Positions 10,504 through 19,459 of a stretch of DNA of 64,000 bases are shown here, piece after piece. Location of the stretch: positions 12,526 through 76,525 of the forward strand of contig JBILVO010000003.1 of NCBI GenBank assembly GCA_044370415.1, written 5' to 3'. Under the pieces are notes generated by a model, which saw only the letters and a list, made by a program, of their open reading frames with translations, was not told where the DNA came from and made no database searches. Source of the stretch: Pirellulales bacterium (GTDB lineage: Bacteria; Planctomycetota; Planctomycetia; Pirellulales; UBA1268). The number at the start of each line of letters is the position of its first letter. Within the stretch, counting starts at the first letter, position 1. A program made the position numbers and the translations under genes.

Positions 10504-11988
10504 ATGCGTTCCTCCCGCCGGTTCCCGTCCTCCCGCCCGTTCATGGCCGCCCCGCGCACGCAGTTCTACCACCCCGCGAAGCTGATCGACGGGGCGCTGC
10601 ACGGCGTCGATCGCGCGATCCGGCGCGCCGAGGGCTTCTCGCTGGTGGTCGGGTCGCCCGGCACCGGCAAGTCGCTGCTGCTGGCGAAGGTGGCGGAGAG
10701 CGTGGGCGACGACTTCGCGGTGGCGCTGCTTTCGGGGGCGCGGATCTGCACGCGTCGGGCGCTGTGGCAGTCGATCCTCGCGGAGCTCGGGCAGCCCTAC
10801 CGCGGCATCGACGAGGCGGAGCTGCGGATCGCCGTGGTCGAGACCGTCCGCGGACTGGCCGCACGGGGATCCGGGCTCGTGATCCTCGTGGACGAGGCCC
10901 ACACGCTGCCGCTGCGGCTGATCGAGGAGCTGCGGCTCCTCGCCAACACGCCCACGCCGTTGCCGGCCGTGCACATCGTGCTCGCGGGCACGTCGTCCCT
11001 CGAGGAGCGGCTGGGGGCGCCGAAGATGGAGAGCTGCACCCAGCGGATCGCGATGCGGGCCTACCTCGAGCCGCTCGACCATGCCGAGACCGTCGCCTAC
11101 CTGCGGACACAGATGAAGGCCGCCGGCCTGGACTGGGATGCGGCCTTCGATCGCGGCTGCGACGACGCCGTCTACGGCGCCGCCGACGGCGTGCCGCGGC
11201 TAGTCAACCAGATCTGCGACCAGGCGCTCGTGCTCGTCGGAGAGGGCCGTCGCGTGCGGCCGGCCGACATCGCCGCGGCGTGGCAGGAGATCCAGCGGCT
11301 GCCCGCGCCTGGCTCCCTCGGCGCCATGGCAGCGGACGAGGCCGCGGCCGTCGTGGGGCCCGCCGCCGCGGACCGTGCGCCCGGCATGGACTTCGGCGAC
11401 GCGGCGCCGTTGTCGACGATCGAATTCGGGTCGCTCGACGAGGAGGTCTTCACCCGGTTCGACGACGCCGTGGAGGGCGTGCCCGTGGCCGGCCCGGCGG
11501 CGTCGCGGCAGGCCGACGACGGCTTCCGCGGGAACGTCGATCCGTGGCACGGGCCGGACGTGGAGTTCGTGTTCGACGCCGACGCCGACCCGTTCCAGGA
11601 GTTCTTCGAGCAGGAGGAACGAATCGTGGATCGCTACCTCGTGCGGTCGGGTGACGGCTTCGGCGGCCAGCCGCGGGTGTCCAGCCGCGAGGGCGAGGCC
11701 ATCGTTCGCGAGCTGATGGAACTCGAGGGTGAACGGGCGACGAAGGCCGGCCGCGAGCTGGCCGGCGGGCGGGGCCGCGACGGCGGCGTCGGGGCCCGTG
11801 AGACCGCCGCGGCGTCGGCCGGCGGCACGACGACCTCGGAGAACGCGGAAGCCGCGGCGTGCGACGATGCCGACATGGTGGTGATCGAGGAGGACATGCT
11901 GGTTCCCGCCAGCGCGCAGCCGTCGATTGCAGCGGTGCGGCTGGGCGACTACCGCCGGCTCTTCGCACGGCTGCGCCGCGGGGGGTAA
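10504..11988 (+). CDS. ExeA-like AAA+ ATPase (AAA_22 type) with long acidic, low-complexity C-terminal half
   Basis: Walker A is VVGSPGTGKS and Walker B is LVILVDEAH. ...GVPRLVNQICDQAL is typical of the ExeA/GspA family. An alternative ATG lies at 10543. Confidence 0.8.
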   Translation: MRSSRRFPSSRPFMAAPRTQFYHPAKLIDGALHGVDRAIRRAEGFSLVVGSPGTGKSLLLAKVAESVGDDFAVALLSGARICTRRALWQSILAELGQPYRGIDEAELRIAVVETVRGLAARGSGLVILVDEAHTLPLRLIEELRLLANTPTPLPAVHIVLAGTSSLEERLGAPKMESCTQRIAMRAYLEPLDHAETVAYLRTQMKAAGLDWDAAFDRGCDDAVYGAADGVPRLVNQICDQALVLVGEGRRVRPADIAAAWQEIQRLPAPGSLGAMAADEAAAVVGPAAADRAPGMDFGDAAPLSTIEFGSLDEEVFTRFDDAVEGVPVAGPAASRQADDGFRGNVDPWHGPDVEFVFDADADPFQEFFEQEERIVDRYLVRSGDGFGGQPRVSSREGEAIVRELMELEGERATKAGRELAGGRGRDGGVGARETAAASAGGTTTSENAEAAACDDADMVVIEEDMLVPASAQPSIAAVRLGDYRRLFARLRRGG

Positions 11989-12001
11989 GCTTCCGGCCAC
12001 G

Positions 12002-12763
12002 ATGGCCACGACAGCAGCCACTTTTTCCCGTGACGATTGGCCGCCGGGCCGCGTGCTCGTCGTGTCGGCGACCTACAACGAGCGCGACAACATCGTCGCG
12101 CTGATCGATCGCGTGCTCGCGGTGTCGCCCGAGCTGCAACTGCTGATCGTCGACGACGACTCGCCCGACGGCACCGGCAGGGTGGCGCTTGAGCGGGCGG
12201 AGGCCGAGCCCCGGCTGCACGTGCTCGTGCGGCACGGTCGGCGGGGCCTCGGCTCGGCCATCGTGGAGGGATTCCGCCTCGGCCGCCAGCACGGCTTCGA
12301 CGTCGCCGTCAACATGGACGCCGACTTCAGCCACGACCCCGCCGACATCCCCCGGCTGCTGGCCGCGCTCGAGCCCGTCGGCGGCCGGCCCGCCGCCGTG
12401 GTCGTCGGATCGCGCCGCGTGCCGGGCGGCCGCATCGTGGGCTGGCCGATCAAGCGGCACGTGGCCAGCCGCATGGTCTCGTGGTTCACACGCTGGGTGC
12501 TGCGCGTGCCGATCCGCGACGCCTCGAGCGGCTTTCGCGCCGTGCGCCTCGATGCGTTCGAGGCATTGACGGGACCATTCGCCGCAGGCTACGCCTTCCA
12601 GGAAGACATGCTCTGGCGGGTGCACCGGGCGGGCGGCCGGCTGGCGGAGGTGCCGATCACGTTCGAGGATCGCAAGGCTGGCGCCAGCAAGGCCGACCTC
12701 GCCGAGAGCCGCCGCAGCATCGGCGAACTGCTCCACCTGGCGCGGCTGACGTGGCTCGGGTAG
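12002..12763 (+). CDS. Polyprenol-phosphate mannose synthase-like GT2 (Dpm1/Ppm1 family)
   Basis: ATG 12002. VLVVSATYNERDNIVALI, LLIVDDDSPDGTG, NMDADFSHDP, VVVGSR and GYAFQEDML match soluble Dpm1-type glycosyltransferases. Confidence 0.88.
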   Translation: MATTAATFSRDDWPPGRVLVVSATYNERDNIVALIDRVLAVSPELQLLIVDDDSPDGTGRVALERAEAEPRLHVLVRHGRRGLGSAIVEGFRLGRQHGFDVAVNMDADFSHDPADIPRLLAALEPVGGRPAAVVVGSRRVPGGRIVGWPIKRHVASRMVSWFTRWVLRVPIRDASSGFRAVRLDAFEALTGPFAAGYAFQEDMLWRVHRAGGRLAEVPITFEDRKAGASKADLAESRRSIGELLHLARLTWLG

Positions 12764-12770
12764 CCGCCGT

Positions 12771-14810
12771 TTAGCGGGCCGGCGCCGGCGACGATTCGAA
12801 GGCCCTGGGCGCGGGGAACGTGGGCGGCCCGAGCGTCGACTGGCCGGGGAATCCGCCGGCCGCCGGCCGGCCCTGGGCGCCCGCCGGCTGTTGCAGTGGA
12901 AATCCGGGCTGCTGCTGCGGCTGGGTTGGCGGCTGGGGGAATGATGGCTGCTGGGGCACCGACAGGGGCCCTGCTTGCGGAGCCGGCTCGGGCGTCAGCT
13001 GCCCGGCGAGCGGGTCGGGCTTCTCGCCGGTCGCCACAGCGAGACCCTCGATCGCGTCCTTCAGGTCGGGCTTGAGCTCCAGCGCCCGGCGAAACTCCCG
13101 GATCGCCTCCTCGGTCTCGCCGGCACGGTAGAGGGTGACGCCCAGGTTGTTGTGGAGGGCGGGATTGTCGGGAGACCGCGAGAGGAGGGCCCGGAAGGGC
13201 TCGGCAGCCTCCTTGAAACGCTTGGCGGCGAAGAGGGCGTTTGCGAGGTTCAGCTGCATGGCGTCGACGTTCGGCGTGCGGCGGTTGGCCTCTATGTATT
13301 CCGCGATGGCCTCGTCGTGCCGGCCCAAGGCAGACAGGGTCGTGCCGAGGTTGTTGTGCGTTTCGCCGAGGTCGGGCCGCAGCTGCGTCGCCTTCGTGAA
13401 GTGCTGGAACGCTTTCTGCACGTCGCCGCGGGAGAACAGCCGCGCGCCGAGGCGGTTGTGCGCCTGCCAGGCGTCGTCGTTGAGCTGGAGGGTGTAGGTC
13501 CAGAGCTTGTCCTCGTTCGCCCACGCGTTCGCGTAGAAGAACGAGAGCAGGCAGAACGTCGCCAGGACGATGCTGCCGCCGGCGACGAACGCCAGCCGCG
13601 ACCGCTGTTCGGCCCTCGCGTAGAGCCACATCACCGCTGCCCCCATGAGCGCCACGGGGCCGATCATCGGCAGGTAGATGAAGTGGTCTGCGACCCACGT
13701 GATCCGCATGTACGCGATCGTGACGAAGCCCAGCACCGGAGCGACCATGAGCAGGAAGAACCCGAGTGCGAAGAGGACGTGCCGGCCCCAGGTGCTGCGA
13801 TTCATCCAGCACCACGCGGCCGCCGCAAAGATCACGGGCCAGGCGAGAAACTGCTCCGGCTTCGGCGGATCCACCGCCCATTTGGGGTAGATCGGCAGCA
13901 GGTTGATCGGCCACACGATCTGCTTGAGGTAGAAGAGGATCGCCATGCCCGCGGTGGCGATCCGAGAGGCGGCGCCGCCCACGATGATCGTCTCCGCGCC
14001 GATGGCGCGGCTCCACTGGTAGCTACAGGTGATGATGCCCAGTGCCAGCGAGATCATGAAGAAGGGGGCGGCCTTGATGAGATCGACGATCGTCACCTCG
14101 CCGCGCTTCCACCAGGCGTGGAGCAGCAGCACCACCGGCATGGCGACCATCGACGTCTTGGCGAGCATCGCCAGCAGGAAGAACACGATCGAGGCCAGGT
14201 AGAAGGCGTGGCGGCTGCCGCCGTCGTCCTTCTCGTTGTCATGATGCTCGTCCTGGGCCTCGTCCTGCATGACCCAGCAGAGGCAGGAGAGCAGGAAGAG
14301 CGGCAGTGACAGCGTGTTCTTCGTCTCCGAGACCCAGGCCACCGATTCCACCGCAACGGGGTGGATGGCGAAGAGGAGGCCGCTCAGCCAGGCCCCCGGA
14401 ATCCGCATGCGGTCCAGCAGCGCCCACAGGAGCAACGCGGCGACGATGTGCAGCACGATCGTCGTGATGTGGTAGCCGGTCGACTGGTCGTGGAAGAACG
14501 GCCACTGCGCCCAGAGCGCCGTGTAGCTCAGCGGGAAGAAGTCGGCTCCGTCGGGATTGAACCAGAGCTTCGCGAGCCCCCGCAGGGAGGTCGACTGGAC
14601 CACCTGGTTCTGCCAGATCAGCTGATCGTCGTCCCACAGCCACTCGCCGTGGTAGGTGGGCGAGTAGATCCACAGCCCGGCGAGGATGATGATCGCCGCC
14701 TGCAAGAGCAGGTTCCGCCAGGTGGCGGCATCGTCGGTGGAGACGTCCGCGGCAGCCGCAGGCTGCCGGAAGGAGGCGGGGGGGGCATGTTTTTCGGTGC
14801 GGGCTCGCAT
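12771..14810 (-). CDS. Polytopic membrane protein with C-terminal TPR repeats (TMTC/PMT_2-like putative protein O-glycosyltransferase)
   Basis: ATG 14810. About 11 TM helices include FAIHPVAVESVAWVSETKNTL (a DUF1736/TMTC-like motif). These are followed by about 6 TPR units (AWQAHNRLG...GETHNNLG...LNLANAL...LHNNLG) and a Pro/Gln-rich tail. Confidence 0.85.
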   Translation of the reverse strand: MRARTEKHAPPASFRQPAAAADVSTDDAATWRNLLLQAAIIILAGLWIYSPTYHGEWLWDDDQLIWQNQVVQSTSLRGLAKLWFNPDGADFFPLSYTALWAQWPFFHDQSTGYHITTIVLHIVAALLLWALLDRMRIPGAWLSGLLFAIHPVAVESVAWVSETKNTLSLPLFLLSCLCWVMQDEAQDEHHDNEKDDGGSRHAFYLASIVFFLLAMLAKTSMVAMPVVLLLHAWWKRGEVTIVDLIKAAPFFMISLALGIITCSYQWSRAIGAETIIVGGAASRIATAGMAILFYLKQIVWPINLLPIYPKWAVDPPKPEQFLAWPVIFAAAAWCWMNRSTWGRHVLFALGFFLLMVAPVLGFVTIAYMRITWVADHFIYLPMIGPVALMGAAVMWLYARAEQRSRLAFVAGGSIVLATFCLLSFFYANAWANEDKLWTYTLQLNDDAWQAHNRLGARLFSRGDVQKAFQHFTKATQLRPDLGETHNNLGTTLSALGRHDEAIAEYIEANRRTPNVDAMQLNLANALFAAKRFKEAAEPFRALLSRSPDNPALHNNLGVTLYRAGETEEAIREFRRALELKPDLKDAIEGLAVATGEKPDPLAGQLTPEPAPQAGPLSVPQQPSFPQPPTQPQQQPGFPLQQPAGAQGRPAAGGFPGQSTLGPPTFPAPRAFESSPAPAR

Positions 14811-14905
14811 AGCGATCAGTATTGCTTCCAGCCTGCGGTGGCGACAGCCCACCCGGGGCCGCCGCGGGCGGGGGCACAGGCCGCCCGGACGAAGGTCAGT
14901 CCAGC

Positions 14906-16690
14906 TCAGTCCAGAGGCACGCAGACCAGATCGCCGGCCTCGCTCTCGATCCGCGGCTTCGTGCGGCCCGCCTCGAGCTGTTCGACGATCTGCCGCCCCC
15001 TCTCGGGGAAGGCGTTGCGATTGATGTACACCGCCGCGAAGCCGAGTTCCTTGAGCCGTTCGACGGCCTTGTCGAGCGGCACCTTTGCGAGCTCCTGCTG
15101 CCATTGCTCCCGCTGACGGCCCTTCATGGAGCCATACGAGAACCGGAGGTTCTTCGCAAAGAGATAGGGACGGAAGTGGTCGTATGGCGGCACGCCCGGG
15201 GCCGGCGATTCAGGAAACTCCATGATCGGCAGCTGGAAGACCATCGCGTCGGGAGGCAGGGCGGCCTCCATCCGGGCCACGAAGTCGCGGTCGGCTGCGA
15301 TCTGGCGGGCGATGGCGGCCGTGTCGCCCGGCGCCGGCGTCCGCGGCACCTGGTCCCACAGCGCGACGATGCAGAGCACAGCCGCCGTGAGCTGTGCCGC
15401 CGCTGGCGTGCCCGACTGGCCCCCCTTCGCGGTGTCCCGGTCGCGGTCCGTCAGCCATCGCGCCGCGAACGCGAGGACGATGGCGAGGATCACCACGCTG
15501 TAGCGACACCCGGTGCGAAAGAGCGTGAAGCCCGCGGCGCCGAGGATCGCGTTGAGGCCGCCGGTCGAGAAGCAGAGCACGATCCAGAGCACCCACCAGG
15601 CCTCCATGGGGATCGCGTCGCTGCGGCGACGGACGACGTCGCGCACGGTCGTGGCGACGAGGAGCCCGAGCGATGCCAGGCCGAGCAGGCCGAGGTAGGA
15701 GCCCTCGTCCTGAAGCGGCGAAGCGGGGGGAATGCCGCGGGCGGGATCACCCACGCGGTGGGCGGTCGCGAATGCCGCGAACGCCCCGGAGTGGTGCGTG
15801 ACCGGCGGCACCACCAGATCGACGAGCTTCAGCCCGTAGATCTCGAGCCACCGGTACTCGCGGACGATGGCGCCGGCGTTGGGGCCGTTGACGGCGCGGA
15901 ACGTCCACGTGTCGAGGTTCATCAGCACGAAGGCGGCGGCCGCGGCGCCGACGACCGCGAACGCAGCCTTGAGCGGCGCACGGGAGCCCGTTCGCATCGC
16001 GAGCACGCCCGCGCCGAGCAGCGTCAGCTGGCAGAGCACGTTGGTCCAGTAGGTGTTCTGGAGGCCCGTGAGGATGGCGATCGCGACCGACCAGTGAAAC
16101 TCCGGCGTGCCGAACTGGAGGCCGGGTTCCCGGGCGGCCCACCGCCAGACGAGGAGAAACAGCGGCACGTGCCATGCATGGGCCACCGTGATGTGATGCG
16201 GCGACTGGGCGAAGATGAAGGGCGCCAGGCCGTAGGCGAGCCCGGCGACGAACGACCAGACCGTCGAGCTGCCGAGCACGTGGGCCACGCAGAACATCGT
16301 GGCGGCTGCGAGGAGGTGGCCGGCCAGCAGGGCGATGTTGAGGCCGGCGAAAAGCCCAAACGCCCTGCCGAGGAGGCCGAAGCAGATGACCGGCAGCTCC
16401 TCGATCGACGGCCAGTCGGACCAGTTGGCTTCGTAAGGCGCCCCGAGCTGCGGCACGGTCTTCCAGCACAGGGGAACGACATGGCCGTCGCCCGCGGCCT
16501 TCATCCATGCGAACGTGCTGACGACGTCCGCATAGAAGCCGTCGAGGTATTGCGACGGCGTGTTCCAGGCTGCGGCCGTCCACCGGCCGGTGCCCGCGCA
16601 CCAGGCGAGGCCCACGAGCAGCAGCAGCGCCGCCAGCCACGGCAGTGATCTGGTCTGGAAGGCTGCGGACGACTGGGTGGGGGCTGCCAT
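14906..16690 (-). CDS. Large polytopic membrane protein with soluble C-terminal domain (putative GT-C-like; no family recognised)
   Basis: ATG 16690 (alternative ATG 16738). It has a signal/TM start, at least 10 hydrophobic helices and a hydrophilic approx. 150-aa tail. It is the lower part of a 1155-aa ORF whose upper part is antisense to the ThDP-enzyme gene. Confidence 0.75.
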   Translation of the reverse strand: MAAPTQSSAAFQTRSLPWLAALLLLVGLAWCAGTGRWTAAAWNTPSQYLDGFYADVVSTFAWMKAAGDGHVVPLCWKTVPQLGAPYEANWSDWPSIEELPVICFGLLGRAFGLFAGLNIALLAGHLLAAATMFCVAHVLGSSTVWSFVAGLAYGLAPFIFAQSPHHITVAHAWHVPLFLLVWRWAAREPGLQFGTPEFHWSVAIAILTGLQNTYWTNVLCQLTLLGAGVLAMRTGSRAPLKAAFAVVGAAAAAFVLMNLDTWTFRAVNGPNAGAIVREYRWLEIYGLKLVDLVVPPVTHHSGAFAAFATAHRVGDPARGIPPASPLQDEGSYLGLLGLASLGLLVATTVRDVVRRRSDAIPMEAWWVLWIVLCFSTGGLNAILGAAGFTLFRTGCRYSVVILAIVLAFAARWLTDRDRDTAKGGQSGTPAAAQLTAAVLCIVALWDQVPRTPAPGDTAAIARQIAADRDFVARMEAALPPDAMVFQLPIMEFPESPAPGVPPYDHFRPYLFAKNLRFSYGSMKGRQREQWQQELAKVPLDKAVERLKELGFAAVYINRNAFPERGRQIVEQLEAGRTKPRIESEAGDLVCVPLD

Positions 16691-16915
16691 CGCGGGGCCT
16701 GCGCGGGGACGTCGTTGCGGGGAGGTCACGCCGTCCATCGGTCGGCGGGCCCCGCGACGATTCTCGCCGAAACGCCGCGGGATTTCATCCCTCGCCCCCG
16801 GATGTCGGACGGCACGCACGTGCGGCCGTCGCCCGTCGGATCGCCGGGAACGCGTGGTATGATTTCCGCGGTCTTCGGGCGTGATCAGCAGCGCGGACGG
16901 TGTCGCACGACGAGC

Positions 16916-18742
16916 ATGCAACGAGTAGCCGACTTCATCGCCGACCGGCTGGTGGCCGCGGGAATCCGCCACGTGTTCATGGTGACGGGCGGCGGGGCGA
17001 TGCACCTCAACGACGCCCTCGGCAACCATCCCGGGCTCGAGCCCGTGTTCTTCCACCACGAGCAGGCCGCCGCGATGGCCGCCGAGGCCTATTTCCGGCT
17101 CACGGGCCGGATGGCCGCGGTGAACGTGACCACCGGGCCGGGGGCGATCAATGCCATCAACGGCGTCTTCGGAGCACACGTCGACTCGATGGCGATGGTG
17201 GTCGTCTCGGGACAGGTGAAGCGGGAGACGCTCGTCCAGTCGACCGGCCTGCGGCTGCGGCAGCTGGGCGACCAGGAGGCCGACGTCATCGGCATGGTGC
17301 GCGGGGTCACCAAGTATTCCGCGCTCGTCGACGATCCGGCCGGCATCCGCTACCACGTGGACCGGGCGCTGCACCTGGCGACGTTTCGCCGGCCGGGCCC
17401 GGTCTGGCTCGACATCCCCGTCGACGTGCAGGCCACGCCGATCGATCCGCAGGCGCTCGCCCCCTACGATCCGGCCGAGGATGCGCCCGCCATGCGCACG
17501 GCCGACCTGCCGGCGGCGATGGCCGACGTCGTCGCCCGGCTCGAGCGGGCCGAGCGGCCGGTGATCTACGCCGGCACGGGCATCCGGCTCTCGGGGCAGT
17601 ACGAGCGATTTCTCGCGATCGCCGACCGGCTGCGGGTGCCGGTGGTGACGGCGTGGAACTCCAACGACCTCCTGCCCGACGACCATCCGGCCTATGCCGG
17701 CCGGCCGGGCTCGCTCGGCACGCGGGCCGGCAATTTCACGGTGCAGAACGCCGACGTCGTGCTGGTGCTGGGGTGCCGGCTCAACATCCGGCTCGTGAGC
17801 TACAACTGGCGGAGCTTCGCACCGCGGGCCCACCGGATCATGGTGGACGTCGACGCGGCCGAGCTCGACAAGCCCACGCTGTCGATGCAGCAGAAGATCC
17901 ACGCCGACCTGGCCGACGTGATGCCGCTGCTCGACGCCGCAACGGCGCGGTGGCGGCCGCACCACGACACGTGGCTGGCCTGGTGCCGCGACCGCGTCGC
18001 CCGCTACCCGGTCGTCCTGCCGGAATACTGGGACACGCCCGAGCCGGTGAATCCCTACTGCTTCATGCAGCGGCTCTTCGAGCAGCTGGTCGAGGACGAC
18101 GTCGTGGCGTGCGGCGACGGCACCGCCTGCGTGGCGGCCTTCCAGGCGGCCATCGTCCGCCGTGGCCAGCGGATCTTCCACAACTCCGGCTGCGCCTCGA
18201 TGGGCTACGACCTGCCGGCCGCGATCGGGGCGGCGCTGGCGCGGCCGGACCTCGACCGCATCATCTGTCTCGCCGGCGACGGCAGCGTGATGATGAACCT
18301 GCAGGAACTGCAGACGATCGTCGGCCTCGGTCTGCCGGTGAAGATCTTCGTGCTGAACAACTCGGGCTACCATTCGATCCGGCAGACGCAGGCGAGCTTC
18401 TTCGCCGGCCGCATCGTGGGCTGCGGAACCGATTCGGGCCTGTCATTCCCCGATTTCGGGAAGGTCGCGGCGGCCTTCGGACTGCCGTTCGAGCGGTGCT
18501 CTCGTCACGCCGACCTCGCGGCCGCGATCAGGCGGACGTTGGCGTGCCCCGGGCCGGCGATGTGCGAAGTGGGGCTCGATCTTAACCAGCAGTTTGCCCC
18601 CAAGCTCTCGTCCCGCAAGCTCGCGGACGGGAGCATGGTGACGTCGTCGCTCGAGGATATGGCCCCGTTCCTCCCGCGCGAGGAGCTGGCATCGAACATG
18701 ATCGGCGGCTCCCAGCCCGCCCCCCGGAGAGCCCCGTCATGA
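16916..18742 (+). CDS. Thiamine-diphosphate-dependent enzyme, acetolactate-synthase-like (YerE-like candidate)
   Basis: ATG 16916. ...HVFMVTGGGAMHLNDAL...HEQAAAMAAEAYFRLTG...NVTTGPGAINAINGV... is the N-terminal ThDP pyrimidine-binding domain. GDGSVMMNLQELQT...NNSGYHSI is the ThDP-binding motif. Confidence 0.9.
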   Translation: MQRVADFIADRLVAAGIRHVFMVTGGGAMHLNDALGNHPGLEPVFFHHEQAAAMAAEAYFRLTGRMAAVNVTTGPGAINAINGVFGAHVDSMAMVVVSGQVKRETLVQSTGLRLRQLGDQEADVIGMVRGVTKYSALVDDPAGIRYHVDRALHLATFRRPGPVWLDIPVDVQATPIDPQALAPYDPAEDAPAMRTADLPAAMADVVARLERAERPVIYAGTGIRLSGQYERFLAIADRLRVPVVTAWNSNDLLPDDHPAYAGRPGSLGTRAGNFTVQNADVVLVLGCRLNIRLVSYNWRSFAPRAHRIMVDVDAAELDKPTLSMQQKIHADLADVMPLLDAATARWRPHHDTWLAWCRDRVARYPVVLPEYWDTPEPVNPYCFMQRLFEQLVEDDVVACGDGTACVAAFQAAIVRRGQRIFHNSGCASMGYDLPAAIGAALARPDLDRIICLAGDGSVMMNLQELQTIVGLGLPVKIFVLNNSGYHSIRQTQASFFAGRIVGCGTDSGLSFPDFGKVAAAFGLPFERCSRHADLAAAIRRTLACPGPAMCEVGLDLNQQFAPKLSSRKLADGSMVTSSLEDMAPFLPREELASNMIGGSQPAPRRAPS

Positions 18743-19434
18743 CCACTGCACCAGACCACACTGCGGCAGGCCGCACCGTCCTCATCACCGGCGGAGCGCG
18801 GGGCATCGGCGCGGCGATCGCGACGCGGTTGCGTGCGTCGGGCCACACGGTGCTGGCGCCGACCCGCGAGGAACTCGACCTCGCCGTGCCGGAGTCGGTC
18901 GACGGGTTCCTGGCCCGACTGCGCGGCGTCGAGATCGACATCCTCGTCAACAACGCCGGCATCAACATCCTGCGGCCGATCGCCGAGATCGACGAAGCGA
19001 CGTGGGCGACGATGCTGCAGGTGAACCTGACGTCGGCCCTGCGGCTCACGCAGGAGATCGCACCCACCATGGCCGCGCGGGGATGGGGGCGGATCCTCAA
19101 CGTGGCCAGCATCTTCGCCGTGGTGACGCGGGAGCGGCGCGGGGCGTATTCCATGACGAAGGCAGCGCTGGCGGCGCTGACGCGCACGGCGGCGGTCGAA
19201 TACGGTCCCGGCGGCGTCCTCGTCAACGCGCTGGCGCCGGGCTACGTCGATACCGAGCTGACGCGGCGGAACAATCCGCCCGACGCCATCGCGGCGATCG
19301 AGTCGGGAATCCCGCTGCGCCGGATGGCCCAGGCCGCGGAACTGGCGGAGGCGGCCGCGTTCCTCGTGTCGGACGCCAATTCGTACCTCACGGGCCAGAC
19401 TATCATCGTGGACGGCGGTTTCACCTGCCTGTGA
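18739..19434 (+). CDS. Short-chain dehydrogenase/reductase (SDR)
   Basis: The ATG overlaps the upstream TGA (ATGA). It carries TGGARGIGAAIA, NNAG and the catalytic YSMTKAAL. 231 aa. Confidence 0.9.
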   Translation: MTTAPDHTAAGRTVLITGGARGIGAAIATRLRASGHTVLAPTREELDLAVPESVDGFLARLRGVEIDILVNNAGINILRPIAEIDEATWATMLQVNLTSALRLTQEIAPTMAARGWGRILNVASIFAVVTRERRGAYSMTKAALAALTRTAAVEYGPGGVLVNALAPGYVDTELTRRNNPPDAIAAIESGIPLRRMAQAAELAEAAAFLVSDANSYLTGQTIIVDGGFTCL

Positions 19435-19459
19435 ATGGCCGCGTGAAGCCGGCGGCGCT

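Noticed and set aside
14906-18373. A 1155-aa minus-strand ORF, the longest in this part of the window
   Set aside because: Only its lower 594 codons (14906-16690) look like a real membrane protein. The upper part is Arg/Gly/Asp/His-rich shadow sequence antisense to the well-supported ThDP-enzyme gene (16916-18742).
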